From Octopus bimaculoides (Eukaryota), in NCBI RefSeq assembly GCF_001194135.2, contig NC_069000.1:2409311-2473310 (forward strand): a DNA stretch of 64,000 nucleotides. Direction: 5' to 3'. The translations under genes were made by a program, and so were the position numbers. The notes beneath the pieces are model-generated. The model was not told the origin of the DNA. It worked only from the letters and a program-made list of their open reading frames with translations, and did no database searches. Below, piece after piece: positions 13,095 through 24,937 of this stretch. How positions within the stretch are numbered: the stretch's first letter is position 1; the number at the start of each line of letters is the position of its first letter.

Positions 13095-13440
13095 GTGTTT
13101 ACTAGTTCAATATATATACTTTGTTTTAATGCTTCCAACCATTGAACTTTTCAAACTAGAGAACGGAAATTTGAAGGGTTTCTTCAGACGATTCTACACC
13201 CCTAAAAAGGGTTTGTGTCTCCAAATTCCATTTTCAGGCTTTAGGTTTTCTTGTAGAGGTAGGGGTGGTCTATATGGTCTGTATGTGTTGTTTTGTCTGT
13301 GGCAGTTGTTTTATTCCCATCTCCTGTGTTTGTTGGGCCAATGTCCATTCCTGGGTTTCAGGTTTCCTTGGAGGTGGGTGAATGTTTGTATTGTTTTGAT
13401 AGTGATGGCTGTTTTCTATCCATCTTGTAAATTTGTGGGG
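13095..13440 (-). mobile_element. Probable Penelope-associated segment with a diverged direct repeat and hammerhead-like motif
   Basis: Composition differs from flanks; about 50-bp imperfect direct repeat at 13211-13260 and 13328-13377; minus strand has CTGAAGA (13187-13181)...GAAA (13152-13149) followed by an 8-bp inverted repeat; adjacent to the GIY-YIG fragment. Confidence 0.35.
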
Positions 13441-13468
13441 CCGCATGGGGTTGGAAAACAACCAAAGA

Positions 13469-13588
13469 AAATTTAAGAGTGGACACATATTCAAAGCAAA
13501 TGCAAACATGAATTGCAAGACACAAAACGTAATATATTGCATAACCTGTCCCACATGCAAGGAGAACTGTATAGGTGAAACTGGCAAG
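13469..13588 (+). mobile_element. GIY-YIG endonuclease fragment of a Penelope-like element
   Basis: Translation KFKSGHIFKANANMNCKTQNVIYCITCPTCKENCIGETGK fits the PLE pattern C-x-T-x-NVIY-x-I-x-C-xx-C-xxx-YIGET; truncated immediately after GETGK. Confidence 0.78.
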
Positions 13589-13589
13589 A

Positions 13590-13666
13590 TCCCTGTCTGG
13601 GAATCGAAACCGCGATCCCACGACCGCAAGTCCCCTGTCCTAAACACTGGGCCATTGCGCCTTCAC
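13590..13666 (-). mobile_element. tRNA-derived SINE head (family C)
   Basis: Minus strand GTGAAGGCGCAATGGCCCAGTGTTTAGG...GGTTTCGATTCCCAGAC has A-box-like (TGGCCCAGTG) and B-box-like (GGTTTCGATTCCC) motifs but no acceptor-stem pairing. Confidence 0.72.
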
Positions 13667-14940
13667 AGCAATAAATATTAGATGTCGTTGAAGGAAAGTT
13701 ATCAGGCATTGGTATAGTATCATATGTAGCGTCGTAGAAAGAGAATTAGCTCTGTCTTAGCATACTTATAGTCTCGCACTCTAGCGCACCTATTTATACC
13801 GATCTGGTGGCCGATGTGGGCAACCGGTGAATATAATAAGCATTTCATTTCTGATTAAGGGTGAAAAACTTTCCAGTTGCCTTTCTTATTTCTGGTGGTT
13901 TGGAAAACAGAAAAATTCTAAATGAATTCATTGATCAGCAGAAGGCTTTCGGAGATAACTATGATATTCTAACTCTACTTTGTCTCAAGCAAGGATTATT
14001 TCGCGACACAAAACTGCAACGGAAAGCTCTTATAGATACTATTGAAAAACGTCTTGCTTTTATTTTTACCAATGCTGAATTATCAACGCCAGGAGGCAGA
14101 CTTTGAAAATGGTCATATATTGTCTACTAATATCGGTGGCGGAATATAATTTCGGGAAATTGCAACAATGGGTAAGTTGTTTTATATCCTGGAGGCTACA
14201 AAATTATTTAGCGATAGAAACATTTGAATCTTCGTTACATTTCTTCTTTCTCCCTTCTTTTATTTTCTTCTAAAAATTTTAGTTGTTTTTAGTTTATTCT
14301 TTTAGTATTCGGTTTATTATGCAGCTTCCGCACAGTCTATCACGGATTACTAGCTTTACACGGATGTTTAAACTAATTAAATAATTAAATAAATAGCTAT
14401 AAAAAATATAACAAAATATTAAATTGAATTAACTAAGTATGCATATACAAAGAGATTTATAGAGAGGGTGGGAGGAGGACTTATAGAGGATTATAGAAAC
14501 ATTATTACTAATGCCATCAAAAGATCTAATCAACATACATCATAGAAAGAACGCAGGATAATTATCTGAGAAGATAATATAATTTGAAATCAGGATAATT
14601 GCAGTTACAGAGAATTTAGCAACAACTCTACACCCACAATACACAATTACCATACCTAATTAAGGAATAATTATAATTGTTCATTTAATTAACAATATTA
14701 ATAGCAATATTAATAATGCTAATAATGACATGAAATAAATTAATAATGTGAAAGGATAATGTGTTAATATGCAGTCACATTAGGAAAGTTAAATTGGATA
14801 GACAACACAAAATTGAGATGACAGAAAAGAAGATTCTAGGACAAAAAACTCCCGCTCTTCCGGTGTGTGCATACTATATGGCGTTCGTAACCGATGAAGT
14901 GCTGCTGCTGCTGCTGCTACTACTACTACTACTACTAATG

Positions 14941-15250
14941 GTAAGGATATCGGTATTGAAATTTGGATTAAAATGTGTGGTATACTCTCAAAAATGATAA
15001 TGCATAGATCTTGTGGGATTTTATGATTCGGTGCGACCATGAGATAAAGATTAGGAAGCCAGACATAGTCTTAATTGAGAAAGAAAGCAAACTATGCTGG
15101 ATCATAGATATAGCATGCCCAGCTGACAACAAAGAAAGAAAAGTCGATAGATAAGACAGGTTAGCTTGGGAGGTTAAGGAATTGTGGTCGATGAAAAAGG
15201 TGGTAGTAGTACCAATAATTGTCGGAGCCCTGAGAAGAGTGAGTAAAAAG
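14941..15250 (+). mobile_element. Restriction-like endonuclease (PD-D/ExK) domain fragment of an R4/Dong-like non-LTR retrotransposon
   Basis: Single frame from 14993 with two stops: NDNA*ILWDFMIRCDHEIKIRKPDIVLIEKESKLCWIIDIACPADNK..KVDR*DRLAWEVKELWSMKKVVVVPIIVGAL, containing the ILWDF...RKPDI...IID RLE motif; KFGL upstream at 14959. Confidence 0.85.
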
Positions 15251-15798
15251 GAGATTATGAGGATGGTGAAAACGATAATGAAAATACTGGCACTATTATG
15301 TATAATAATATCAGTACATGAAATGATCATGCTGGCAATAGAGAGGTTTCAGTGTGGAAAGTCATTTAGTATCGCAAATGTTGATGTAACATTATGGTGC
15401 ATGACGCGTTGCTGCTGTTTTCCCCCGAAATCGATAGCGTGTGTTTTATGCCTGTAAGAGTTTATTAATATCTTTTATTTAGAAGCTGCATTTTAGCAAA
15501 ACCACAATAAGTTCGCTGTATCGAAAAAAAAAACAAAAACAAAGTGCGGTTTCTTTCACCCCATAAAATGTCGCTATGGCCAGAATTTTCTAATGAACCT
15601 CATTTTCTACATAGCTTTCCTGAGAAACAAATAATTTGACAATTCTTTGGTATAACTCAATGATGGGTTTTCAGAATGAATAAAGCTTTTACTTGAATTT
15701 TGTGTGATATCCATTTGCAGCGAGTCGTAAATAGGTGTCTGTGTGTATGTGTGTGTGTCCATATACACCTATTATCTATAAATATTTATATTCATATT

Positions 15799-15893
<95 letters not shown>

Positions 15894-16265
15894 TTAAATA
15901 TGGATGTGTATATATGTATGTATATGAATAAATGTATGCGTGCATATCTGTCTCTGTGAATATGGAAATTTATACAGATATCAATGAGGATTGACAGAAC
16001 GTTAGTGGGTCGAACTGAAGATATATCTCATAAAATATTATTTGTTTCATGAAATAGTTTTATCAGCTACCTGAATCACCAATAAAGATTTCATGTTGTC
16101 CAACAGAGATTTCTACCACCTTAAGCTATTAAATTACTGTTAACCAGTTGTGTGGGCTTGATATAGCATACAGCCGGTGTTGCCAAAATCTAACGAAATA
16201 TGTTGATCATGTTTTATACAACCGGAAATAAGTTCTCTTACTTAAAAGCAGAGATAATAACTCAC

Positions 16266-16308
16266 AAGTTGCTCCAATGGGCAACAACTATGAACAATGA
16301 ATGATAAA
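16266..16308 (-). CDS. Candidate 43-bp internal exon (phase 1-2) of a putative GPCR-like gene
   Basis: Acceptor tgttttgttgatgtttgtag, donor gtgagt; encodes (V)YHSLFIVVAHWSN(L). Confidence 0.3.
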
Positions 16309-17849
16309 CTACAAACATCAACAAAACACCACAATTTCGATTGAGTTATTATTCTTAGAAATGGTTGAGTAGTTATTAAAAACTGTAAATACGTGCTATG
16401 ACAAAAGACTATGTAAAATCGATGAAAGAATAAATCAAACTTAAAATATAACATAATTAAATGTGAGTGGTCAACAAATCGGGCAAGTTCTTTAATATCA
16501 TCTATATTTTTCTGTTTATTAAGAGCATAGAAAGATGTGTTTACAACCGTTTACAATTATAGAGTGAAAGTGTTAAAATATAATTTGGTGATTCTAAATT
16601 CATATCATGTATTCAAATACTCGCTGGGTGAAGCGTAAATATTTATTACTTTTTTAATCTCGGCGTTGAAAATTAAACAGAAATATTTATTAATTATTTG
16701 ATCACAATGACAGTAAAGGAAATATATGCAAATGACTTCCACTCACAAGATATACGTTTCCTTGTGATTGATATAAATAGCAAAGAGTGTTGTTCGAAAA
16801 CAGTTTAAGATGGTAAATTTCCAGTGGTATAGGAAAGGAAACTAGACTATTAAACCCAAATTTATATTAAGCTCTCTGACGTGTTATTACCTACAGCATG
16901 TGTGTGTATGTGTGTACCTGTGCATGTGTGTGTGTGTGTGTCTGAGTGTGTGTATGTATATATATATAATGTAATTTATCTGGGTTGAGAGGCTTCCTCA
17001 CGACAATAAATATCCAGTGTGGGGTTTTGAGGTCAATAGAAACCAACCTATTATTTATTGAAAGTTAATGTTAATTTATCTTTCAACATCCTCCCAGGAG
17101 TGACGTCTTTCTTCTTCTCTCGTTATACACATACATGTGTGTGTATGTTTGTGCGTGCGTGTATGTCTGTGTGTTTGTGTATGTGTGTGTGTTTGTGTGT
17201 GTGTGCGCGCGCATGTCTTTATGGATATGTGTGTTATTTATGGTTTATTTTAGTTTTCCATTTTACCTACTTTAACAGCACCGGATTCCTGTTCCTTCTC
17301 CCACTGCCTCATCGTAATAACCTTTGACCCATCAGTAAATATCTTCTAGAGGCAGTGTTTCTGCTTCTCTCTCCTCCTTCTCCTCCTCCGTCTCCCAGTC
17401 TACGACTAAATAATTCTTGAATCTTCTTTGCAATTCACCCTTACTCTCCTGCAAACTCCATATGCTTAATGCACCGGAATATATGTTCTAGCATACTGAC
17501 TATCAATTTAATACACAAATCCTAATCTCCACTCAGTCTCTAAACGATTACGCACATACACACACGCACAATCACACACACACGCACACAAACTCACATA
17601 CACACACATATATACACACGCTCACATACACACTCACATATATGCAAATATATATAGAATCTAAACAAAGAAGAACAAACAAGAAAAAACAAAAACGCTA
17701 GAGTGTGGTAGTACTATATTATCAGACGCTCAGGAAAGGAAGGAAAGAGGATTTAATATTTCGAACCTTGCTCTTTTTCAGAGTCCAAAAGAAAGGAAGT
17801 CGGAGGAAGAAAATATCCAACAATTGTTCTTTTTCGATCCACTGACGAT

Positions 17850-17890
<41 letters not shown>

Positions 17891-18222
17891 NNNNNNNNNN
17901 NNNNNNNNNNNNNNNNNNNNNNNNNNNNNNNNNNNNNNNNNNNNNNNNNNNNNNNNNNNNNNNNNNNNNNNNNNNNNNNNNNNNNNNNNNNNNNNNNNNN
18001 NNNNNNNNNNNNNNNNNNNNNNNNNNNNNNNNNNNNNNNNNNNNNNNNNNNNNNNNNNNNNNNNNNNNNNNNNNNNNNNNNNNNNNNNNNNNNNNNNNNN
18101 NNNNNNNNNNNNNNNNNNNNNNNNNNNNNNNNNNNNNNNNNNNNNNNNNNNNNNNNNNNNNNNNNNNNNNNNNNNNNNNNNNNNNNNNNNNNNNNNNNNN
18201 NNNNNNNNGAGAGAGAGAGGGG

Positions 18223-18273
<51 letters not shown>

Positions 18274-20116
18274 ATACCGTTAAGGAAACCGAGCTTGTAG
18301 AACTTTATTTGCTCTTTTACCATTATTGTTCAACTACCCTAAGGACCAGCTGTGAATACATATAACATATTTTTCGGCCAAATTTCTCGGAATTGAATGC
18401 TGGACGTAGTGATTAGTGCAGTTTTTGGGTATCGATGTACATGAATATGGAAGGCAGGGAGACATGAAATATAGGAATGCTTCAGGAACAATGGCATGAG
18501 ACCAACTACATCAGAAGGACAGAAGCCATTATGCTAGAGGGAAAATATGTAGAAGAATGAAAATCAGGCGGTGTAGCCCAATCTTGGAATCGTTCCAGTT
18601 ATTCTGTTTATGATGCAGCTACATCTCCGCCCAGATATGCGAACAATAAACCTGTGTGTGCATGTGTGTGTGTACCTACCTGAAGTATGTATACTACCCA
18701 TGTTAAAGTCTCAAGTATCATTTATCTTAGAAGGGATGATATGAGCTTCAGTTATGCTAAGCATTTGCCTTCGCTGAGAAAATTAATTCATTGATAGTCA
18801 GACCCAACGATTCCGTGCATGCATGCATGTATGCATCCATCCGTCCATTAATTATTTAATTCATTCGTCCGTTTACTGGCATGGTGTATATTTTCGACAG
18901 CCTCCAAAGTAAATTTGATATTGTCGGCATTTGCGCGGAATGTTAAAACTGAAAGCACCATTCATTCTTGTCGATAATTTAGTGTTCCACAAATCCGTTA
19001 CATAGACACATACAAACATACACCGATACACACATGCAAACGCCATATGCATATATATATATATATATATATATATTATGAGACGAATCCTGCGAATAGT
19101 TATTCATAAAGAAAAAAATAGTCAGACATAATATATGTATATTTGCTCTCATTTTCATTCGCGAATGTATCTATATTTATAGTTTTATAAGCATGTATAT
19201 AGCCATACATATAGGCTGAAATTTAGAATGCAGGTACCTACAACACAATGACGACGTATTGGTTGCAGTGGTGGTGGTAGAGGTGATGATGGATGTGGTA
19301 TAGGCGGATTTGCTAGTGGTCGTACTGCTTCTCTGGGGTGGGTGATGTGCTACGTTAAAAAGTGTTAGATTATAGTCTTTCTATGTATCATATCTGCCCA
19401 TTTTGACATAGAAAAACGAACAAAAGCTGCATTGGTAACACGCATAATATTACAATATAGATTTTTGTGCAAAATTTTGTGCACTTGCTACAATAAAGCA
19501 AGGAAATTAAGTTAGCATCAAACAGTGTTACTCAGCGGCGTTCTATTGATCGAATATTATTTGATTATGTTTGTAGATTATTGGTTTGTACAGAGCATAT
19601 GGCTTTAAACTGAAGTGCTACATTCAGTCTTTTATCACTTGTAAATGTCGTTAAGAGACTTTTCCCAAGGAAATTTTATATACTATGACGCTGATGAATG
19701 CTAGATGTTATCACAGAATATTCGATACACGAATTAAAAATTAATATGAACATAATATAATATTCCACAATATTACATTATAAGAATAATACATAATTTC
19801 TCAGTTATCAACAAGTGAAGAACAAAAGCACAACCTATATTTTAGCATAAACTAAACTAAGCTGGTGACCTACGAACAATGTTGTTTAGAATAATTTTCC
19901 TACAAGTTAGGAACATATTATTCGCAGTCTCGTAGCCAGTTTTGTCTTTCAGCATTTAAAGTGTATTTAGCGAATAATTACTTGAAAATAATGCAAATTT
20001 CTAAATGTGAAATCGATGGAACCGTATAGGCGATTGAATAACTTCATGAATATTTCAAACAGATATCATTGCAAAGACGTTGCAAACTCTTGTAGCTATT
20101 GGATTACACACACACA

Positions 20117-20153
<37 letters not shown>

Positions 20154-20858
20154 ACATACAGACACACACACACACATACAGACACACACACACACACANN
20201 NNNNNNNNNNNNNNNNNNNNNNNNNNNNNNNNNNNNNNNNNNNNNNNNNNNNNNNNNNNNNNNNNNNNNNNNNNNNNNNNNNNNNNNNNNNNNNNNNNNN
20301 NNNNNNNNNNNNNNNNNNNNNNNNNNNNNNNNNNNNNNNNNNNNNNNNNNNNNNNNNNNNNNNNNNNNNNNNNNNNNNNNNNNNNNNNNNNNNNNNNNNN
20401 NNNNNNNNNNNNNNNNNNNNNNNNNNNNNNNNNNNNNNNNNNNNNNNNNNNNNNNNNNNNNNNNNNNNNNNNNNNNNNNNNNNNNNNNNNNNNNNNNNNN
20501 NNNNNNNNNNNNNNNNNNNNNNNNNNNNNNNNNNNNNNNNNNNNNNNNNNNNNNNNNNNNNNNNNNNNNNNNNNNNNNNNNNNNNNNNNNNNNNNNNNNN
20601 NNNNNNNNNNNNNNNNNNNNNNNNNNNNNNNNNNNNNNNNNNNNNNNNNNNNNNNNNNNNNNNNNNNNNNNNNNNNNNNNNNNNNNNNNNNNNNNNNNNN
20701 NNNNNNNNNNNNNNNNNNNNNNNNNNNNNNNNNNNNNNNNNNNNNNNNNNNNNNNNNNNNNNNNNNNNNNNNNNNNNNNNNNNNNNNNNNNNNNNNNNNN
20801 NNNNNNNNNNNNNNNNNNNNNNNNNNNNNNNNNNNNNNNNNNNNNNNNNNNNNNNNNN

Positions 20859-20896
<38 letters not shown>

Positions 20897-21683
20897 GCAT
20901 GCAAAGACATATTAGAGTGTCTAGTGTAAGAACCGTTGATAAAGCGTCTATGAATACCAGTCACCTTCCCTCAAAGCGCTCAGAATTAACAAAGAGGACA
21001 CACTGAAGAACATAGAACTAGCTGCAGAATGGAAGATATGGTGTGATAACGACACAATGCATGTAATTGTTTTTCTCCTCATTCATGTTTGAAATGGGCA
21101 TAAATCAACAAAAAAACAAACGACAACAATGAAAAAAATAACTGTTTTACAGCCCGAATAACTACATAAATGTGTGTGTCTAATTAGATTGTACATGAGT
21201 TTAAACATATGCACCTCCAACAACACTACCACCATCATTAACAACAACAACGAGAATATATTTACTGCATTATTATTACCAAAGTTTGCTTTTGGCCACA
21301 AATGTTTCAGGAAGGAAGGAAGTGGTAACTATAGAAATTCTGTTCTAGTTTTTTTCTCTTATGCCTATCGACTACTACAAGAATGAAAGCGGGTGGATTG
21401 TATCCTGATTTGTAGAAATAAGTAGACAGTATTTGCGTAAAGCGAAGCTGTATTTACATCTAACCTCCAAAAATATGGTGCTAATATTTTTATAAGATAT
21501 TTCATGGATACAGCACACTGGTCGAAGGATATCACTGCCTGTATGTTTTTTTATTCTCCAAGTAAAAAAAAATAATCCAAGCTGTTGATGGTGTTGTTGG
21601 AGTTAATTGTGTTAGTAGAGGTCGTGGTAGTGGTGCCTATGCACAGATCACTATTGCTTGATTAACCATATGTTCAGTCGTAT

Positions 21684-21910
21684 CGGTGGTTCTCAAGCAG
21701 ATTTTGCTTGTGAAACACTTTGGTTCGTATTCTATTCTACTGGAACCCACCATGTTACAATAAAGCTTATTATGTGTTTATAATAAAATGCTATTAAAAC
21801 ATGTTTAAAAATTGGTTAAAATATTTTGTGCATTGCAGAAATATAAACATTAACAACAAAATTATATATGGAACACCAAGGATCATTTTGACCCTGATTG
21901 AGAACCAGTC
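21684..21910. mobile_element. Possible hAT/Charlie-type MITE
   Basis: Inverted ends cggtggttctcaa (21684-21696) and ttgagaaccagtc (21898-21910) with a 10-bp perfect core, resembling CAGTGGTTCTCAA hAT termini; flanking 8-mers agtcgtat/agttagat match 5 of 8. Confidence 0.5.
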
Positions 21911-23046
21911 AGTTAGATCTTAGGCTGCTACAGTGGCCGAATTACATTCAACTCTCTTATAAGATCGGTTATCAGCATATAGAGTGGGTGGAAGTTTGGC
22001 AAAAGAAACCGATTTAATAAGTAGCTGGCTTAAAATGTCGATTCATTCGACTAAAAATTCTTGAAGACTAACATTTCTTTCTTATCACGGAAACAAGTAA
22101 AACTAATATTTATATATATATNNNNNNNNNNNNNNNNNNNNNNNNNNNNNNNNNNNNNNNNNNNNNNNNNNNNNNNNNNNNNNNNNNNNNNNNNNNNNNN
22201 NNNNNNNNNNNNNNNNNNNNNNNNNNNNNNNNNNNNNNNNNNNNNNNNNNNNNNNNNNNNNNNNNNNNNNNNNNNNNNNNNNNNNNNNNNNATATTGGTG
22301 TTCATATGAATGCATATAGTCAGCTGTATGCTATTTTATAATGTAAAATTTATATTAAATGAGATGTGACTTGAAATATCTTACAATGTATTTCAAGTTT
22401 TCACTGTCTCCATAGTCACAGTAAAATAGCAAATCTATGTTCCTTATCATTGCCGCCATACAGATTTCTAATCAATTGGAATGTATTGATTTTCTTGGAG
22501 AGAGAAAAATATTTTTTTAAAATGGAAATCTGTGTTTGTGGCAAGTTTTCAAAGTCTAAACATATAGATTGCTAGACACAATGGTATTCTTTAAACATAC
22601 GAAAATAATGTAATCTTGAGATAACAATATAAATGTAACTTAAATCCGAGGTGAAATATGTATGTACTGTATGTATATTGCAAAGTTTTTGGCGTATTTT
22701 TATTCCCGCCAGGACATGCATATACACCCACATATGAATGATTAATGTGAAGATCTCGTTTATATATTCCTGTATTTACTAAAAACCACCTCCCATTTTC
22801 ATATGCGTAAACAATTTCATATTGAAGAAAATTATATTGATATATTCCGATCAGAATGTTTAGAAGAATTGATATATGTCAACATATGACATAAACCCAC
22901 ATATCCGATAAAGGGTAAGCGATTTTACTAGATTGAAAATGTCAGAGAGATTAAAATGGCATTTGTCAGTATTCCACTTGAAATGTATATGAGTTGAGAA
23001 GGAAAATTTACAAGTAATATTATGCTGAAGTGGTAATGCTATATAC

Positions 23047-23225
23047 CTGCTGATTCTATACAGTTTTGGAATATTTCAGTGCATAAATATACTGCATCAA
23101 GCCAGCATATGATGAAGAGCTGCACAGTAAAACTAGATGTTAATGCTATAATATTTCTATTTCCCGTATTGATAATTGCGCGAGCGTAGAGACTAATTTC
23201 CTTGCTATTTTTATGATTCGTAAAC
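23047..23225 (-). CDS. Candidate internal exon of a putative GPCR-like gene (ICL3/TM6-like)
   Basis: Lies in the supplied 111-aa ORF 23039-23374; ends at CAG|gtatat donor; encodes FTNHKNSKEISLYARAIINTGNRNIIALTSSFTVQLFIICWLDAVYLCTEIFQNCIESA. The 5' boundary is uncertain (alternative acceptors near 23119 and 23382). Confidence 0.3.
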
Positions 23226-23414
23226 CTTGCAAAGATATTTGACGCATACAAGGAAAGTAAGCAAGCGGAAAGCTTTAAAGTCAGCTTTCCCTTTGCACAA
23301 AGGATATGAATTTCGAATTCCTTGCTATCCAAATGTATATCGAGAAGCAGTTTAGCACATATGAAATTAGACATGAAGCGATTCTAGTTTACGAGAATAA
23401 ATAATTCATTTTAC

Positions 23415-23476
23415 CTTTTAAAATTAGCAAAGATTTGTCTGCAATGCTTTATAGCAACACACAAGGCGATATAACT
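23415..23476 (-). CDS. Candidate 62-bp exon (TM5-end-like)
   Basis: Acceptor tttaatttccgctgctag, donor AG|gtaaaa; encodes SYIALCVAIKHCRQIFANFK, in phase with the exon at 23225. Confidence 0.22.
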
Positions 23477-24434
23477 CTAGCAGCGGAAATTAAATGGATA
23501 TTTTTATTTTCGTATTCTAGTACGAGCCACTAAACGTAATCTTCACAGTGATAAAATGCAGATCAGAAATAACAGCTCCGTCTATGATAAGACGCTCAAC
23601 TGTTATTGCGACTGTCATTGATATTATGTCCAAGCATAGGTTTATGGATATTTTCGTTGGCGAGGTTTATAGTGTATGGAACTAAATGAAATATATTACT
23701 ATGGTTTAGGCCCCCGGGAAAAGAAATTTCATATGAACCACAACAGGATTTCATATTTGTTATAATAGAGAAAATGCTGTTCGCCCACAATAATTCCTGT
23801 TTGACAATTTCAACACGAAATTTCTAGTGTAACAAATAGAAGCTAGTTCTTAATATAGGCAGAGATTATTTTTTAGGGTTAGGAGTAACTTTACAATCAA
23901 ATGCTTTGCTATTATAAATTAGAACGTAGGTATTTGTTAGGCATTTACTCTGATACACTGCGTTATGGGCTAATCCAACGTTTATATGATAACAGTTCCT
24001 TACACTGGCATGACGATCCACATGTCTATCTCGATATGAGATCACGACGTCGCGCACACAAGGTTGTTAACGTTGAACCTGATATGCATGCACACACACA
24101 TAATATACGTAGAAGCATACATATATGTATGTACGTATGTATTCATTTTTCTTTCTTTTCTGTAGATGAGTGTAGGAACAAAATGTTAGACTTCTTCCGT
24201 TTTTCCTGAGCGTGAAACGAATACAACTTTATTGTTTCCACACCTATCTCTGATGTTTTTCTTCTGTTTAGTATAATTTTCAGACATATACATGTGTGTG
24301 TATGCGTGAGTGACCGAGTGTGTATATGTGTGTATATATATATATGTATGTATGTATATATGTATATATGTCTATATATATNNNNNNNNNNNNNNNNNNN
24401 NNNNNNNNNNNNNNNNNNNNNNNATATATATATT

Positions 24435-24478
<44 letters not shown>

Positions 24479-24894
24479 TATAAATATATGTATAGCATAT
24501 AAACCCCCCCCCCACACACACACACATATATATACTGAAATATCATTTCAACTCGAATATAATACTCATTTTTATCCTGATAAGAATAACAGTCTTATCA
24601 ATCAAACATGGGAAAGACAGCACAAGGGAACTACCTACTTCAGCTATTAGACTTTTAATATAATGAAAGATCTATCTAGTAACAAGGAAAGCAAAGAATC
24701 ACACCGTAGAGAGCTTTGTTGGCAATGGAAATGTTAAAAATCTCTCCTACTCACAGATAAATAACAGCAGTAAAAGAAAAACACCCTGATATATATATTA
24801 TAGAAGAGGAGGAAAATTTTCAGATTTCCTATATGGATGGATACCGATTTTTCAAAACATAATGCCACCCACTGAATGGTTTTGAAGAACTCGA

Positions 24895-24937
<43 letters not shown>

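Noticed and set aside
13590-13666. Possible tRNA gene
   Set aside because: A and B boxes are present but the acceptor stem does not pair; it fits a SINE head better. tRNAscan-SE would settle it.
17290-17530. Minus-strand IFTDGSK (RNase H-like) and LEHIFR...IAKKIQE (LINE C-terminus-like) motifs
   Set aside because: Short motifs in different frames within a low-complexity purine tract; no further catalytic residues to support either call.
23585-23640. GPCR TM3-like peptide SMTVAITVERLI on the minus strand
   Set aside because: A stop lies just upstream with no acceptor, it fails the class A signature at several positions, and it leaves no room for TM4 before the TM5-like exon.
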